Source: an uncultured Chloroflexia bacterium
GTDB lineage: Bacteria > Chloroflexota > Anaerolineae > Anaerolineales > UBA4823
Assembly: GCA_963774935.1 (NCBI GenBank)
Contig: CAVZGO010000003.1
Span: forward strand, 581,426-645,425
Direction of reading: 5' to 3'
Length of the DNA stretch: 64,000 nucleotides
The position numbers and the translations under genes are program-made. The notes beneath the pieces are model-generated. The model saw only the letters and a list, made by a program, of their open reading frames with translations, searched no databases and was not told the DNA's origin. Each line of letters starts with the position of its first letter. Within the stretch, counting starts at the first letter, position 1. Below, piece by piece: positions 29,314 to 39,141 of this stretch.

Positions 29314-30171
29314 TCAGTCTTTGTCTAGAAATTGCTCAACGATGGCGTTCAGTTCCTCGAATGAGAAGCACCGAATGACAATTGCGCCACCATCGTTGTA
29401 GTAATGGACATTAACTTTTGTGCTGAAGCGGTTAGAGAGCCGTGTTTCCAGATCGCTCAATTCAGGAGGAGGCAGCGGTATTTCAACTTTGGCAGGGCGT
29501 TCACCTTTCATCTTCTGCACTAATGCCTCTGTCTGGCGAACATTTAATTCCAGTCGCAGTACGGTGTGCAACGCCGCTATTTGTGCCTCTGGTGTTGGCA
29601 GCCCATTTAATGCTCTGGCGTGACCCTCGCTGATCTTTCTCGCAAGCAGCGTTTCTTTGACAGGATTGGCGAGATTTAATAACAGCATTGTGTTCGTCAC
29701 TGTCACACGAGACTTGCCAACTCGCCTGGCGATTTCGTCATGGGTCATCTGGAAATCATCTGCCAAATGCCGGTATGCCTCAGCCATTTCGAGCGCATTT
29801 AAGTCCGCCCGTTGGACATTTTCGACCAGGGCTAACTCCAGGCGCTGCTGGTCGCTGGCTTCACGCACAATCACAGGAATCCGGTCCAAGCCAGCTAGCT
29901 GCGCTGCCATCCATCGCCTCTGACCCGCGATTAGCAAATACTGGTTATCCTGGTTTGGGTCTTCGGTAACAATGACCGGCTGGATCAGCCCATGCTCTCG
30001 AATCGATTCAGCCAGCTCATCAAGCTCAGATTGGTGAAAGTCCTGGCGCGGCTGGCTCGGATTCGGTTTAATTTGAGCTAAAGATAGGGTGACCACCCCG
30101 CTGCGGTCCCCACCTTCAGCGCCAGGGATCAATGCATCTAAACCTCGACCCAAGCCAGACTTGCGTGTCAT
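29314..30171 (-). CDS. parB: Chromosome partitioning protein ParB/Spo0J
   Basis: 285 aa. N-terminal GLGRGLDALI, GLIQPVIV, the ParB-box IAGQRRWMAA, and an HTH (THDEIARRVGKSRVTVTN). Confidence 0.9.
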   Translation of the reverse strand: MTRKSGLGRGLDALIPGAEGGDRSGVVTLSLAQIKPNPSQPRQDFHQSELDELAESIREHGLIQPVIVTEDPNQDNQYLLIAGQRRWMAAQLAGLDRIPVIVREASDQQRLELALVENVQRADLNALEMAEAYRHLADDFQMTHDEIARRVGKSRVTVTNTMLLLNLANPVKETLLARKISEGHARALNGLPTPEAQIAALHTVLRLELNVRQTEALVQKMKGERPAKVEIPLPPPELSDLETRLSNRFSTKVNVHYYNDGGAIVIRCFSFEELNAIVEQFLDKD

Positions 30172-30966
30172 TGCTTCTCCAATATCGCTGGAATGTTCAC
30201 CCCATCACCTTGCAGGACTTCGCGTGCCAGAGCTGCATAAGCTACCGCGCCGCTCGAGCTGGGTGCAAACGCAGAGATTGGTTGCCCGTAGGAAGGAGCC
30301 TCAGCTAATCGGATCGAGCGAGGGATGAGCGAAGAAAAGACCTGCTGAGGGAAGAAGCGCCTTACCTCCTCAACCACATCAGCCGCAAGATTGGTTCGCC
30401 CATCATACATAGTCATTACCACACCACGGACGCTTAAATTCGAAGCCAGAGCAGAGCGCACACGATTGATTGTGACGGTCAACTGACTCAACCCCTCAAG
30501 CGCCAGGTATTCACATTGGACAGGGATGATCACCCCATCCTTCGCTGCTACAATACCATTCAACGTCAATAAGCCTAACGACGGAGGGCAATCAATGAGT
30601 ATGTAATCATACCGGTCTACAATCGGCGTACAGTCCCTGCTTCAATCGTGTTTCGCGCGATAATTCGGAGACCAGCTCGACTTCACCGCCCGCCAGCGCA
30701 GGCGATGCAGGCAGAATGGACATCTTCAACCGAGGGTTATGCAGGATATGGTTGATCGCTGGAGAGCTGCCAATCAGGACTTCATAAGTTCCGCCCCGAA
30801 CGGTTTGCTTATCGATTTTCAAGCACGAAGTCGCATTCGCCTGCGGATCAAGATCGACAAGCAGAACTCGCTGACCATAATACGCCAGGTATGCCCCTAA
30901 ATTAATGGCGGTCGTGGTTTTTCCAACGCCGCCTTTTTGATTAACCAGTGTATAAATCGTTCCCAT
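30168..30966 (-). pseudogene. parA: ParA/Soj partition ATPase, frameshifted
   Basis: The N-terminal ORF 30607..30966 has the deviant Walker A NQKGGVGKTTT and ends ...RLKQGLYADCRPV*. The other frame reads ...PIVDRYDYILIDCPPSLGLLTLNG into ORF 30168..30569. The junction is about 30620..30635. There is an ATGA overlap with parB. Confidence 0.9.
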
Positions 30967-30974
30967 AGCTCGAT

Positions 30975-31821
30975 TTAAAAGACTTCAACCAGGCATTCCT
31001 GGATATCTTCTTGGGTTGGTATTCCGGCAAATCCATATTTAGTCACTGAGCGGGATGCAAGCTGGGTCGCAAAACGGGCAGCCTCCCAGGGATCGCGAGT
31101 GGTGTAAAGCCGAGAGAAGAATGTGGCTGCAAAGATATCGCCTGCACCCGTCGAAATCAACTTCAGTTACCGTTGGTGCACGAAATCGGCGGACATCTCC
31201 ATTCCAATACAGTCGCGCGCCTGCCTCTCCTTCTGTGACTGCTAAGATTTTACAGGAGGCACTCATTTCCTCAACTCTTGCTTCGTCATGATCAACATCT
31301 GCAAGACTGATAACAGCAGCAGTGCTTCGCTCAAGCACAAAGCGTGCTTCCGGCCATTCCACCGAATGAACAAGCCCATCTTTATCCCAATCCCGCATCC
31401 AACCCTGAGGAGTCATACCCACCATCGAGTCAGAAAATCCCCTTACGATGGACGGCTCTACTTCCTGTGCAACGGGCGCCAGATGGACAATCGCTGAGTC
31501 TCGCCAGGCTTCTGGAACCTGATAATAATCTAGCTTGGCTGCTGGATGAGAAAGCCACTGTTTTCTCCCTTGGGGGTGAGAAATATTTTCAAATGTGGTG
31601 CTATTCTCCGCAGGGATATTAACAACCGGAATATGGCGGATTAAATCAGCAGGGATTTCATTCGCCCAGGAGGTCACGATGCCCACTCTCATACCTAATG
31701 CAGAAGCAGTCAGGCCAGCATAAACAGCTGTGCCTCCCAATTGTAACCCACCGGGGGTCTTATCGATTGTGATGTGACCGATGATTAGATAGTCTACTGG
31801 TTGGAGTGGGAGAAGTTCCAT
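30975..31821 (-). pseudogene. PfkB-family carbohydrate/ribokinase-like kinase, frameshifted
   Basis: The 260-aa ORF (31039..31821) carries the N-terminal GGxxxN-like sugar-kinase region. The C-terminal ORF 30975..31160 carries the GAGD motif (STGAGDIFAATFF). The break is at the AAA run 31154..31156, an extra T on the coding strand. Confidence 0.75.
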
Positions 31822-31928
31822 AATAGGTTGAATTATACTTGAATTTATTTAACGATCCCTAATCCGGTTATGCCGCTAAGTTACCATTGGATTCTCCGCG
31901 AAGTTTACTACACAAATAATCATCCGGA

Positions 31929-31937
31929 TGGTATAAT
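31929..31937 (+). promoter_or_regulatory. Extended -10 promoter candidate upstream of rplS
   Basis: TGgTATAAT (31929..31937). Two further TATAAT hexamers lie at 31973..31978 and 31989..31994. None has a convincing -35. Confidence 0.3.
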
Positions 31938-32007
31938 CTGCCTTCGTGCCGCTTCCAGCGGTATGACTTTGCTATAATTGTGATCAAATATAATAAGGAA
32001 ATGAAAC

Positions 32008-32358
32008 ATGACTGAAGAGTTATTGAAATCAGTAGAAGCACCAGAAAACCAAAACATTCCTAATCTGCATCCCGGCGATCATGTGAAAGTTTTTCTAAGA
32101 ATCAAAGAGGGAGCCAACGAACGAACGCAAGAGTTTCGCGGCATGGTGATTCGCCTGCGTGGTGGTGGTCAAAACGGGAACTTTACAGTCCGTCGTGTCG
32201 CCAGCAATGGCATCGGTGTAGAGCGGACCTTTCTGCTGCGTTCTCCGCGCATCGAGAAGGTTGTGGTAGAACGACATTCGAAAGTCCGCCGCGCCCAACT
32301 GTATTTCCTGCGTGATCGCACCGGTAAGAGCGCTCGTCTTAAACAACGCTTTTCCTAA
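32008..32358 (+). CDS. rplS: 50S ribosomal protein L19
   Basis: 116 aa. ...GDHVKVFLRIKEG..ERTQEFRGMVI...FTVRR...GVERTF...SP.IEK..V matches bL19 throughout. Confidence 0.95.
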   Translation: MTEELLKSVEAPENQNIPNLHPGDHVKVFLRIKEGANERTQEFRGMVIRLRGGGQNGNFTVRRVASNGIGVERTFLLRSPRIEKVVVERHSKVRRAQLYFLRDRTGKSARLKQRFS

Positions 32359-32454
32359 TTTACAGAGCCTCTCTAAACCTGCGAAACCTTTTGTCGATTT
32401 CGCATCGTGATGAGAGTTGCTTGATATCGAGGAAGGTAAGTCAAGTGATAAACG

Positions 32455-32489
32455 ACAAACGGGGTGCGCATCGATCGCACCCCGTTTGT
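32455..32489 (+). terminator. Stem-loop terminator downstream of rplS
   Basis: 14-bp perfect stem acaaacggggtgcg (32455..32468) / cgcaccccgtttgt (32476..32489) with a 7-nt loop and a tttcccc tail. Confidence 0.65.
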
Positions 32490-32548
32490 TTCCCCTGAAT
32501 TAATAATTTAATTGATACCTCTCACAGCTATTTAACAAACGAGGCTCG

Positions 32549-33265
32549 ATGTCAACTCCAATCATAGGTATCACAATATCGCGCACACTGAGTAAATACG
32601 GGTACCCCCTTCTCGCTTTAACCGAAGCCTATACGCATTCAATTTCAAAATCCGGCGCAAGCCCGGTACTTATCCCGCTTGGTTTACCTGAAGAGCAATT
32701 ACTGGATATTATCAGCAGGGTCGATGGTATTTTATTTGCTGGTGGAGGCGATATCCACCCAAATGCATACGGTAGTCAGATGCACCCCCTGGTCGCTGAA
32801 GTTGACGCGGACCGGGACCGCGTAGAAATCTTTCTGGCTCAACAAATTATCGAGCAGAAAATGCCATTTCTTGGAATCTGTCGCGGCATACAGCTATTAA
32901 ATGTCGCCCTGGGAGGCACATTGTGGGAAGACCTGGAAGACCAACGTCCGGGTTCGTTCCGTCACAGTTATTTCCCAGAGTATCCTCGTAAATACCTGGC
33001 GCATCCTGTGGATATCGAGCCTGATAGTAAGCTGGCAAGCATCCTCCAGAACAACCATATCATGGTCAACAGCTTACACCACCAGGGCATCCGGGAGCTT
33101 GCTCCGGGGCTCAAGCCAATCGCAACCGCATCGGACGGTCTGGTAGAAGCAGCAGAGATACCAGGTTATCCATTTGGTGTAGCCGTTCAGTGGCATCCAG
33201 AGTGGCTGCCCGATACAGCCGCGCAGAATGAGCTTTTTCGATCATTCTACCTGGCAGCTTTATAA
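32549..33265 (+). CDS. Class I glutamine amidotransferase, peptidase C26 (gamma-glutamyl-GABA hydrolase-like)
   Basis: 238 aa. Nucleophile elbow GICRGIQLLN, HHQGI, and QWHPE. Confidence 0.85.
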   Translation: MSTPIIGITISRTLSKYGYPLLALTEAYTHSISKSGASPVLIPLGLPEEQLLDIISRVDGILFAGGGDIHPNAYGSQMHPLVAEVDADRDRVEIFLAQQIIEQKMPFLGICRGIQLLNVALGGTLWEDLEDQRPGSFRHSYFPEYPRKYLAHPVDIEPDSKLASILQNNHIMVNSLHHQGIRELAPGLKPIATASDGLVEAAEIPGYPFGVAVQWHPEWLPDTAAQNELFRSFYLAAL

Positions 33266-33277
33266 ACTATTTGTGCG

Positions 33278-34132
33278 ATGAGTAATCTACGTCCGATTGG
33301 GGTGTTCGATTCTGGGGTTGGCGGTTTGACCGTACTGCGGGAAATTCGCCGGCAGCTCCCGGACGAGCCGGTAATATATATTGCCGATCAGGCGCATGTA
33401 CCTTATGGGTCAAGGCCATTAGAAGAGGTGCGGCAATTTTCAGAATCTATCGCACGATTCTTGATCAACCGCTCCTGCAAACTTGTCGTGGTAGCCTGCA
33501 ACACCGCATCCGCTGCTGCTTTACACCACTTAAGAGCTACGTTTCCAGAAATTCCATTTGTAGGGATGGAACCGGCAGTAAAACCAGCTGCTGAGACTAC
33601 TCAAACGGGCATTGTAGGAGTGTTAGCAACGCCTGCTACCTTTCAAGGCACACTGTACGCCTCGCTGATTGAGCGGTTCGCCAGGGGGGTTCAAATACAC
33701 CAGGATACCTGTTCCGGATTAGTTGGACAGATCGAGGCTGGCAATCTGGATTCTATCGAAACCCGTCAAATCCTTGAAAAAGCCATCTATCCAATGCTCG
33801 CTCATGGGGTGGATACGATCGTCCTTGGGTGTACTCATTACCCTTTCGTCATCCCGATGATCGAAGAAATAGCCGGACCCCAGGTGCGTGTAATCGATCC
33901 GTCTCCAGCAGTTGCTCGTCAAGTGAGGCGGGTATTAAGTAATCTATCTCAGGCTGGATTACTGGAACAAACCTCAACCCCACAAGATCCTGCCCGTATT
34001 CCGGTCCAATTTTTCACCACAGGGAAGCCTGCCCCGCTTCATGCCTTATTGCCACTGCTAGGCCTCCTCTATGCAGAAGTAAACTCTCTTACCTGGGACA
34101 GCCAGGAAAATTATCTAACCGAAAACGGATAA
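33278..34132 (+). CDS. murI: Glutamate racemase
   Basis: 284 aa. FDSGVGGLTVL, with catalytic Cys motifs VVACNTAS and LGCTHYP. Confidence 0.9.
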   Translation: MSNLRPIGVFDSGVGGLTVLREIRRQLPDEPVIYIADQAHVPYGSRPLEEVRQFSESIARFLINRSCKLVVVACNTASAAALHHLRATFPEIPFVGMEPAVKPAAETTQTGIVGVLATPATFQGTLYASLIERFARGVQIHQDTCSGLVGQIEAGNLDSIETRQILEKAIYPMLAHGVDTIVLGCTHYPFVIPMIEEIAGPQVRVIDPSPAVARQVRRVLSNLSQAGLLEQTSTPQDPARIPVQFFTTGKPAPLHALLPLLGLLYAEVNSLTWDSQENYLTENG

Positions 34133-34149
34133 GCTCCGCCTGCTAAACG

Positions 34150-35604
34150 TTATCCCTGCTCAGCCCCACCTGCCCTGCCTAAAAGCTTTCCTGACTCATC
34201 GCACAACTCAATGGTTACCTGCGCATTTCCCTGCGGCGTGAATCCCACACGCACGAGTCCAAAATTGGCTTGTGAGAAAATCCAATGGCAATATTGATCT
34301 TTCAATGCCGGGCTGGAAATATTGGCGTGAGTTAGCTTAGCCAGCCGGTTGGGTTTTTGCTCAAATGGAGATGCGCAAAATTCCCAAATCTCTAAATCCT
34401 GGCTGGCAGGTCCGTATAGCTTTGCCTGAATAGCATGTCCAGAATGCAAATCGCCGGTCAAGATATAAACACCCCGGATGCCATTCGCGGCGAGAAAATG
34501 CAGCAGCCGGTCCCGCTCAATAGTATAGCCCGACCAGCGGTCCTTCGGAATATCTGCCCACATACGAAACAATACAGAACCGGATGAGACCAGGAATTTC
34601 ACCGGATAACGGTCCTTTACGGACAATAACCAGGCTTCTACAAGCTGCCACTGGCCTGAGCCTAGCATCGTCCGCTCGCCAGATGTGCGCACGCGCATTG
34701 TGCGGGTATCCATGACAAAAAAAGCAGCACCGCCATACTCAAATGTATAAGCGAGAGAACCCGGATCTGTTTCTTCGAGCTGGTATTGCCCGGATAAAGT
34801 CAGCTCCAGCGACTGTTCCTGGTGAGGTGCGTGCATACCCTGGTGCTCCCAGTATGCCTGAAGGGCATCCCTTACACGCTGTCGGGAGATTTGCCAGGCA
34901 GATCGAGGGTATCCGCGCAGCCACCTTTCAAGCCGGTTCCACCACGGGATGAACGCAATTTGCCGCTCAGGATCAGACCAGCACCAGTCATCATCAACCT
35001 CGTGGTCATCCAGGGTCATAAATGCAGGCAGGTCTCTCAATAAGGACCGAAATGAAGCATTCGACCAGACATTCTGGTATACGTCCCGGTAATCCTGCAG
35101 CGTTAATGCTATTCTGCCCAGCCCATTGGTTTGCAAATCATCGGCATATACCTGGTCACCCAGTAGTAATATAAACCGTAAATCCTCAATGTGGCGCAAG
35201 CTGGCGATGGCTTGATAGATCACGCCACTGTCCGGCCGCGAAGGACGGAAGCAGGAACCGAAGGCAAAGCAGAATGGTTGATTTACTCCTGCAATTGGGA
35301 AAGTTTTGAATGACCCTCGGAAGCTATCTGCAGGTGGAAGGTCTGTAGGAAATTGCGAAACAGTCCCAAGGTGGATTGCGTAGTAATAGAGATGGTCAGG
35401 ACTTAAATTTAGGATTGGCGCTACCCCTGCATAACCATCCTCAGCGCGCAGCTGTAGCGAAGAACCTGCCGGTGTGGCATCGCTCAGATCTGGCAGACTC
35501 CCAATCCACACATGTAAGATGCCCACTCCATCTGCCCGCGCCCATATCAAGGCTGACGACTGGTTCACACCCCCTACGATTGGTCCCAAGATCAGATGGC
35601 TCAT
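34150..35604 (-). CDS. PhoD-like metallophosphatase (alkaline phosphatase D family)
   Basis: 484 aa. N-terminal PhoD_N-like GPIVGGV..ALIWAR, metallophosphatase motifs LGDQVYADD, TLDDHEVDDD, GDLHSGH. Strong GGAGG RBS. Confidence 0.75.
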   Translation of the reverse strand: MSHLILGPIVGGVNQSSALIWARADGVGILHVWIGSLPDLSDATPAGSSLQLRAEDGYAGVAPILNLSPDHLYYYAIHLGTVSQFPTDLPPADSFRGSFKTFPIAGVNQPFCFAFGSCFRPSRPDSGVIYQAIASLRHIEDLRFILLLGDQVYADDLQTNGLGRIALTLQDYRDVYQNVWSNASFRSLLRDLPAFMTLDDHEVDDDWCWSDPERQIAFIPWWNRLERWLRGYPRSAWQISRQRVRDALQAYWEHQGMHAPHQEQSLELTLSGQYQLEETDPGSLAYTFEYGGAAFFVMDTRTMRVRTSGERTMLGSGQWQLVEAWLLSVKDRYPVKFLVSSGSVLFRMWADIPKDRWSGYTIERDRLLHFLAANGIRGVYILTGDLHSGHAIQAKLYGPASQDLEIWEFCASPFEQKPNRLAKLTHANISSPALKDQYCHWIFSQANFGLVRVGFTPQGNAQVTIELCDESGKLLGRAGGAEQG

Positions 35605-35667
35605 AATGCTCCTCCACCTCGGTCCGTACAGTTGGGAATTATCCAGAATAAGTTGTTATTAAGTTAA

Positions 35668-36279
35668 TCAATCAGCAAATTGGACGCCTAACTCATCCGG
35701 TGAGAATTGCAATCCTTTAAAATTATCAAATGTGAGGTCAGCGAAACTCAAACTTAATCGCTGGCGTAGCTGGTCAAAAAGAACCGTATAGCTCTCAGGT
35801 ATTCGCACCTGCCAATCTAACCCTATTTGTTGGTTCACCTGCAGGATAACCTGGGGGTCAGAGCCTTCGATTTCCACAAAATTTCCGAATGGCATCTCAT
35901 CGAGGGTAATCTGTACCCCTTTAAATTCATAGGTAGTACGATATTTCTCGTAGATTACAAACACTTCGTAACCCAGCGCCTCGAGGAAAGCTTTGGCTAA
36001 CTGGAAATCACTTGCGACAAACTCGATTTCAACTCTCGATCGTACTTCCTGGTCGGACTGGCTGGGACCCTTAAATGTCAGGCGTGACAGGGTGTCATAT
36101 CGTAATCGCAGAGCTTGACCGGCGCGGGATAACGACCTATCGGGCGTATCGAAGCGCAGGTTGAGCTCTTGAACTCGTTCCTGGTGGAGGTGAGCGCCCA
36201 TTCGAGTTAACTTTTTAGCTATCTCCTCCAGATTCCTCACAAAGAACTTTACTTCCAATTCGCGCGGTAATGTATCCAT
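35668..36279 (-). CDS. CYTH-domain protein (class IV adenylate cyclase / triphosphate tunnel metalloenzyme)
   Basis: 203 aa. N-terminal ExExK signature (ELEVKFFV) and alternating-charge beta-strand pattern. Starts 3 nt after the BCCP stop. Confidence 0.75.
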   Translation of the reverse strand: MDTLPRELEVKFFVRNLEEIAKKLTRMGAHLHQERVQELNLRFDTPDRSLSRAGQALRLRYDTLSRLTFKGPSQSDQEVRSRVEIEFVASDFQLAKAFLEALGYEVFVIYEKYRTTYEFKGVQITLDEMPFGNFVEIEGSDPQVILQVNQQIGLDWQVRIPESYTVLFDQLRQRLSLSFADLTFDNFKGLQFSPDELGVQFAD

Positions 36280-36282
36280 AGA

Positions 36283-36780
36283 TTAAACCACACTCAATAG
36301 AGTCTGTCGCTGCTCCACACTGTCGCCGGCCTGCACACGCACACGAGAAACGATCCCATCACGAGGTGATTTTAACTCGTTTTGCATTTTCATGGATTCG
36401 AGAATCAACAGCAAATCACCTGCTTTCACTGCCTGTCCTTCCTCGACCCCGATCGCGATGACCAGTCCTGGCATGGGCGCCTTTAATTGATACTCGCTGC
36501 CAGTTCGAACACCATTGGTAGTTGCCCGCCGTAAGCGATGCTCCCGCTCATCCTCGACTTTTGCCTCATACAACCACCCTAAAATCATCACCTGCCAATC
36601 AGATTCTCCGGGCAATACATATGCCTCTAGGGATTGACCATCCATTAACAAGGAATACACAGGTTGATCACTGATCTGAGAAAAATCAATCTGGTATTCG
36701 ACTCCGTCCACTGACACTCGACGGTCATCGATTATTTCCACAAGATATTCCTTATCTCGGATGGTGGTTACATATCTCAC
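36283..36780 (-). CDS. Biotin carboxyl carrier / biotinyl-lipoyl domain protein
   Basis: 165 aa. C-terminal biotinylation motif ILESMKMQNEL within a lipoyl-like domain. Confidence 0.8.
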   Translation of the reverse strand: MRYVTTIRDKEYLVEIIDDRRVSVDGVEYQIDFSQISDQPVYSLLMDGQSLEAYVLPGESDWQVMILGWLYEAKVEDEREHRLRRATTNGVRTGSEYQLKAPMPGLVIAIGVEEGQAVKAGDLLLILESMKMQNELKSPRDGIVSRVRVQAGDSVEQRQTLLSVV

Positions 36781-36798
36781 AGTACCCTCCTGACAAAA

Positions 36799-38313
36799 CT
36801 ATTTCTGCAAACGTTCCCACCGGCCCAGCCACTTCCAGTTACTGGTGTCACGCTTTTCCCGCCGGACAATGTGTGCTGCCATCTGGTTGAAACGGTGCGC
36901 AGCCAGGGTTGCAAAGATGGCGGCTGTTTCCAACTGGTCGCCTTTCGCAAACCCTGCCGCCTCCATAGAAAATCTCTCTTCGATGAATCGGGTGTCATAT
37001 TGCCCAGCCATAAAACGATGGGATTCCATCAGGTATTGGTGGAATGGAATATTCGTATATAAACCGATGATTTTATATTCTTCGAGGGCGCGCCGCATTC
37101 GTAAAACCGCTTCAGCACGAGTTTCACCCCAGACAATTAATTTCGCGATCATCGAGTCATAATAAGGGGAGACCTCATAGCCGGTAAAAACACCAGAATC
37201 AATGCGGACTCCGGGACCAGTCGGTTGGAGTATATGTTCGATCACCCCTGTAGATGGCATAAAGTTGTTATACGGATCTTCCGCATTTACACGGCATTCA
37301 ATTGCCCAGCCGGTTAATTTGATATCCCGCTGAGTATAGCGCAGCTGGCGACCGCGAGCGATCCGGATCTGTTCTTTCACGATATCAATGCCAGTGACCA
37401 CTTCAGTAACAGGATGTTCCACCTGAAGGCGGGTATTCATCTCCAGGAAAAAGAAGTTTTTGTCCTTATCCACGAGGAACTCAATGGTACCAGCGTTAAC
37501 ATAGCTGACAGCCTGGGCGGCTTTCACCGCTACATTCCCCATTAGCTGGCGTAAATCTTCATCATCATCGACGAATGGCGAAGGGCATTCTTCGACTAAC
37601 TTTTGATGCCGGCGCTGGAGAGAGCACTCACGCTCGTTAAGGTGGATCGTATTCCCAAAACTATCTGCCAGCACTTGAATTTCAATATGCCGGGCGCCTT
37701 CGATAAGTTGTTCCAGGTAGACATTGCCATCACCAAACGCTGCTTCTGCCTCTCGACGAGCTGCATGGATGAGTGACTGCATCTCTTCCAGGTTTCGCAC
37801 TTCTCTCATGCCTTTTCCGCCGCCACCAGCAGAAGCTTTGATCAATAATGGAAAACCAATCGAAGGTGCAATTGCAAGCAAGTCATCATCTCTGAGATCA
37901 CCTTCTCCCTCTGTGCCGGGAACCACCTGCACACCAGCACCTGCAACGGTTGCCCGGGCAGCGCGTTTATCGCCCATGGCGGCAATTGCGGACGGTTTCG
38001 GACCGATGAAAGCCAGTCCATTATCAATACAAGCCTGGGCAAAATCCGCCCGCTCTGCCAGAAAGCCATAACCAGGATGAATCGCCCCTGCACCGGACTT
38101 CTGCGCGATCTCGATAATTTTATCCCCCCGTAAATATGATTCGCGGGAAGGCGCAGGACCGAGATAGTAGGCTTCGTCGGCATAGCGCACGTGCAGGGCC
38201 TGGCGATCTGCCTCTGAGTAAACGGCGACGACCTGGATGCCTAATTCCCGGCAGGCGCGCAAGATGCGCACTGCGATTTCACCACGATTCGCGATTAATA
38301 CCTTACTGAACAT
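36799..38313 (-). CDS. accC: Biotin carboxylase subunit of an acyl-CoA carboxylase
   Basis: Start at MFSKVLIANRGEIAVRI (ATG 38313); the upstream part of the 562-aa ORF overlaps the hydrolase gene. ATP-grasp motifs GGGGKGM and EMNTRLQVEH. Confidence 0.9.
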   Translation of the reverse strand: MFSKVLIANRGEIAVRILRACRELGIQVVAVYSEADRQALHVRYADEAYYLGPAPSRESYLRGDKIIEIAQKSGAGAIHPGYGFLAERADFAQACIDNGLAFIGPKPSAIAAMGDKRAARATVAGAGVQVVPGTEGEGDLRDDDLLAIAPSIGFPLLIKASAGGGGKGMREVRNLEEMQSLIHAARREAEAAFGDGNVYLEQLIEGARHIEIQVLADSFGNTIHLNERECSLQRRHQKLVEECPSPFVDDDEDLRQLMGNVAVKAAQAVSYVNAGTIEFLVDKDKNFFFLEMNTRLQVEHPVTEVVTGIDIVKEQIRIARGRQLRYTQRDIKLTGWAIECRVNAEDPYNNFMPSTGVIEHILQPTGPGVRIDSGVFTGYEVSPYYDSMIAKLIVWGETRAEAVLRMRRALEEYKIIGLYTNIPFHQYLMESHRFMAGQYDTRFIEERFSMEAAGFAKGDQLETAAIFATLAAHRFNQMAAHIVRREKRDTSNWKWLGRWERLQK

Positions 38314-38314
38314 A

Positions 38315-39127
38315 TCATTCTCCGCTGGACACTGACTGCAGATACTCAAGCAGCCGTTTGTTAAACAAGTCAGGTTGTTCTTGAGGCAGCATGTGTCTGG
38401 CATCCGGAACCAGCCACAGCTGTGCATTTGGAATGGCATCTGCCAGATCCACCGCATGCTGTGGGTTGGCGTATTCATCCAATACACCTTGAATGACTAG
38501 ACAAGGACAAGATATCTGGTCCAACCCCGGGCGCATGTCCCAGGAACGATTCTGCGATTGATGCCATCCTTCGAACCAGTTTGTAAAGACCTGATCTACC
38601 TTGTCCTTATGTACTCTCACCAGAGCTTTACGGAATCGGTCATCATGAAGATATTGCTGGCGCACTCCCATTGTGCCAGTCTCCATTTTTGGCTCAAAAT
38701 AAATATGGGCAGCGATTAATACCAGTGCCCTTACCTGCTCTGGGTGAGCCATCGCATAAGTTAACCCCAATGTTCCACCGTCGCTATGGCCGATTAAAAT
38801 AAAAGATTTTACTCCGATATGCTGGATCAATGCCTGTAAATCTGATAGATCTTGCTCAAATCCCGGCGTCAGCAGCTCGGTTCGATCGTCTGAGCGCCCA
38901 TAACCCCAACGATCATACACAATGACTGAATAGCCTTGGTTTACCAGGGCTGGGATTTGATTTTTCCAGGCTTGAATAGAGCCTAATCCATGATGTAAAA
39001 GCACCACAGATTGTCGCCCTGAACGATTGAATTGCATCACGTACAGGGACCGGTGGTTAACTTGCACAAAGCCAGCGACTTCCGGCTCCATCAGCGCTTT
39101 CATATTCAGTAAGTCCTGATTCAGCAA
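38315..39127 (-). CDS. Alpha/beta-fold hydrolase
   Basis: 270 aa. Nucleophile elbow GHSDGG, a HHG-type oxyanion region (LLHHGLGS), and a C-terminal His. The stop lies 1 nt from the accC ATG. Confidence 0.8.
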   Translation of the reverse strand: MLNQDLLNMKALMEPEVAGFVQVNHRSLYVMQFNRSGRQSVVLLHHGLGSIQAWKNQIPALVNQGYSVIVYDRWGYGRSDDRTELLTPGFEQDLSDLQALIQHIGVKSFILIGHSDGGTLGLTYAMAHPEQVRALVLIAAHIYFEPKMETGTMGVRQQYLHDDRFRKALVRVHKDKVDQVFTNWFEGWHQSQNRSWDMRPGLDQISCPCLVIQGVLDEYANPQHAVDLADAIPNAQLWLVPDARHMLPQEQPDLFNKRLLEYLQSVSSGE

Positions 39128-39141
39128 ATAATCGAAACGAT

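Noticed and set aside
38314-38487. 58-codon N-terminal extension of the biotin carboxylase ORF
   Set aside because: It overlaps the alpha/beta hydrolase gene in another frame. The canonical AccC N-terminus MFSKVLIANRGEIA begins at ATG 38313.
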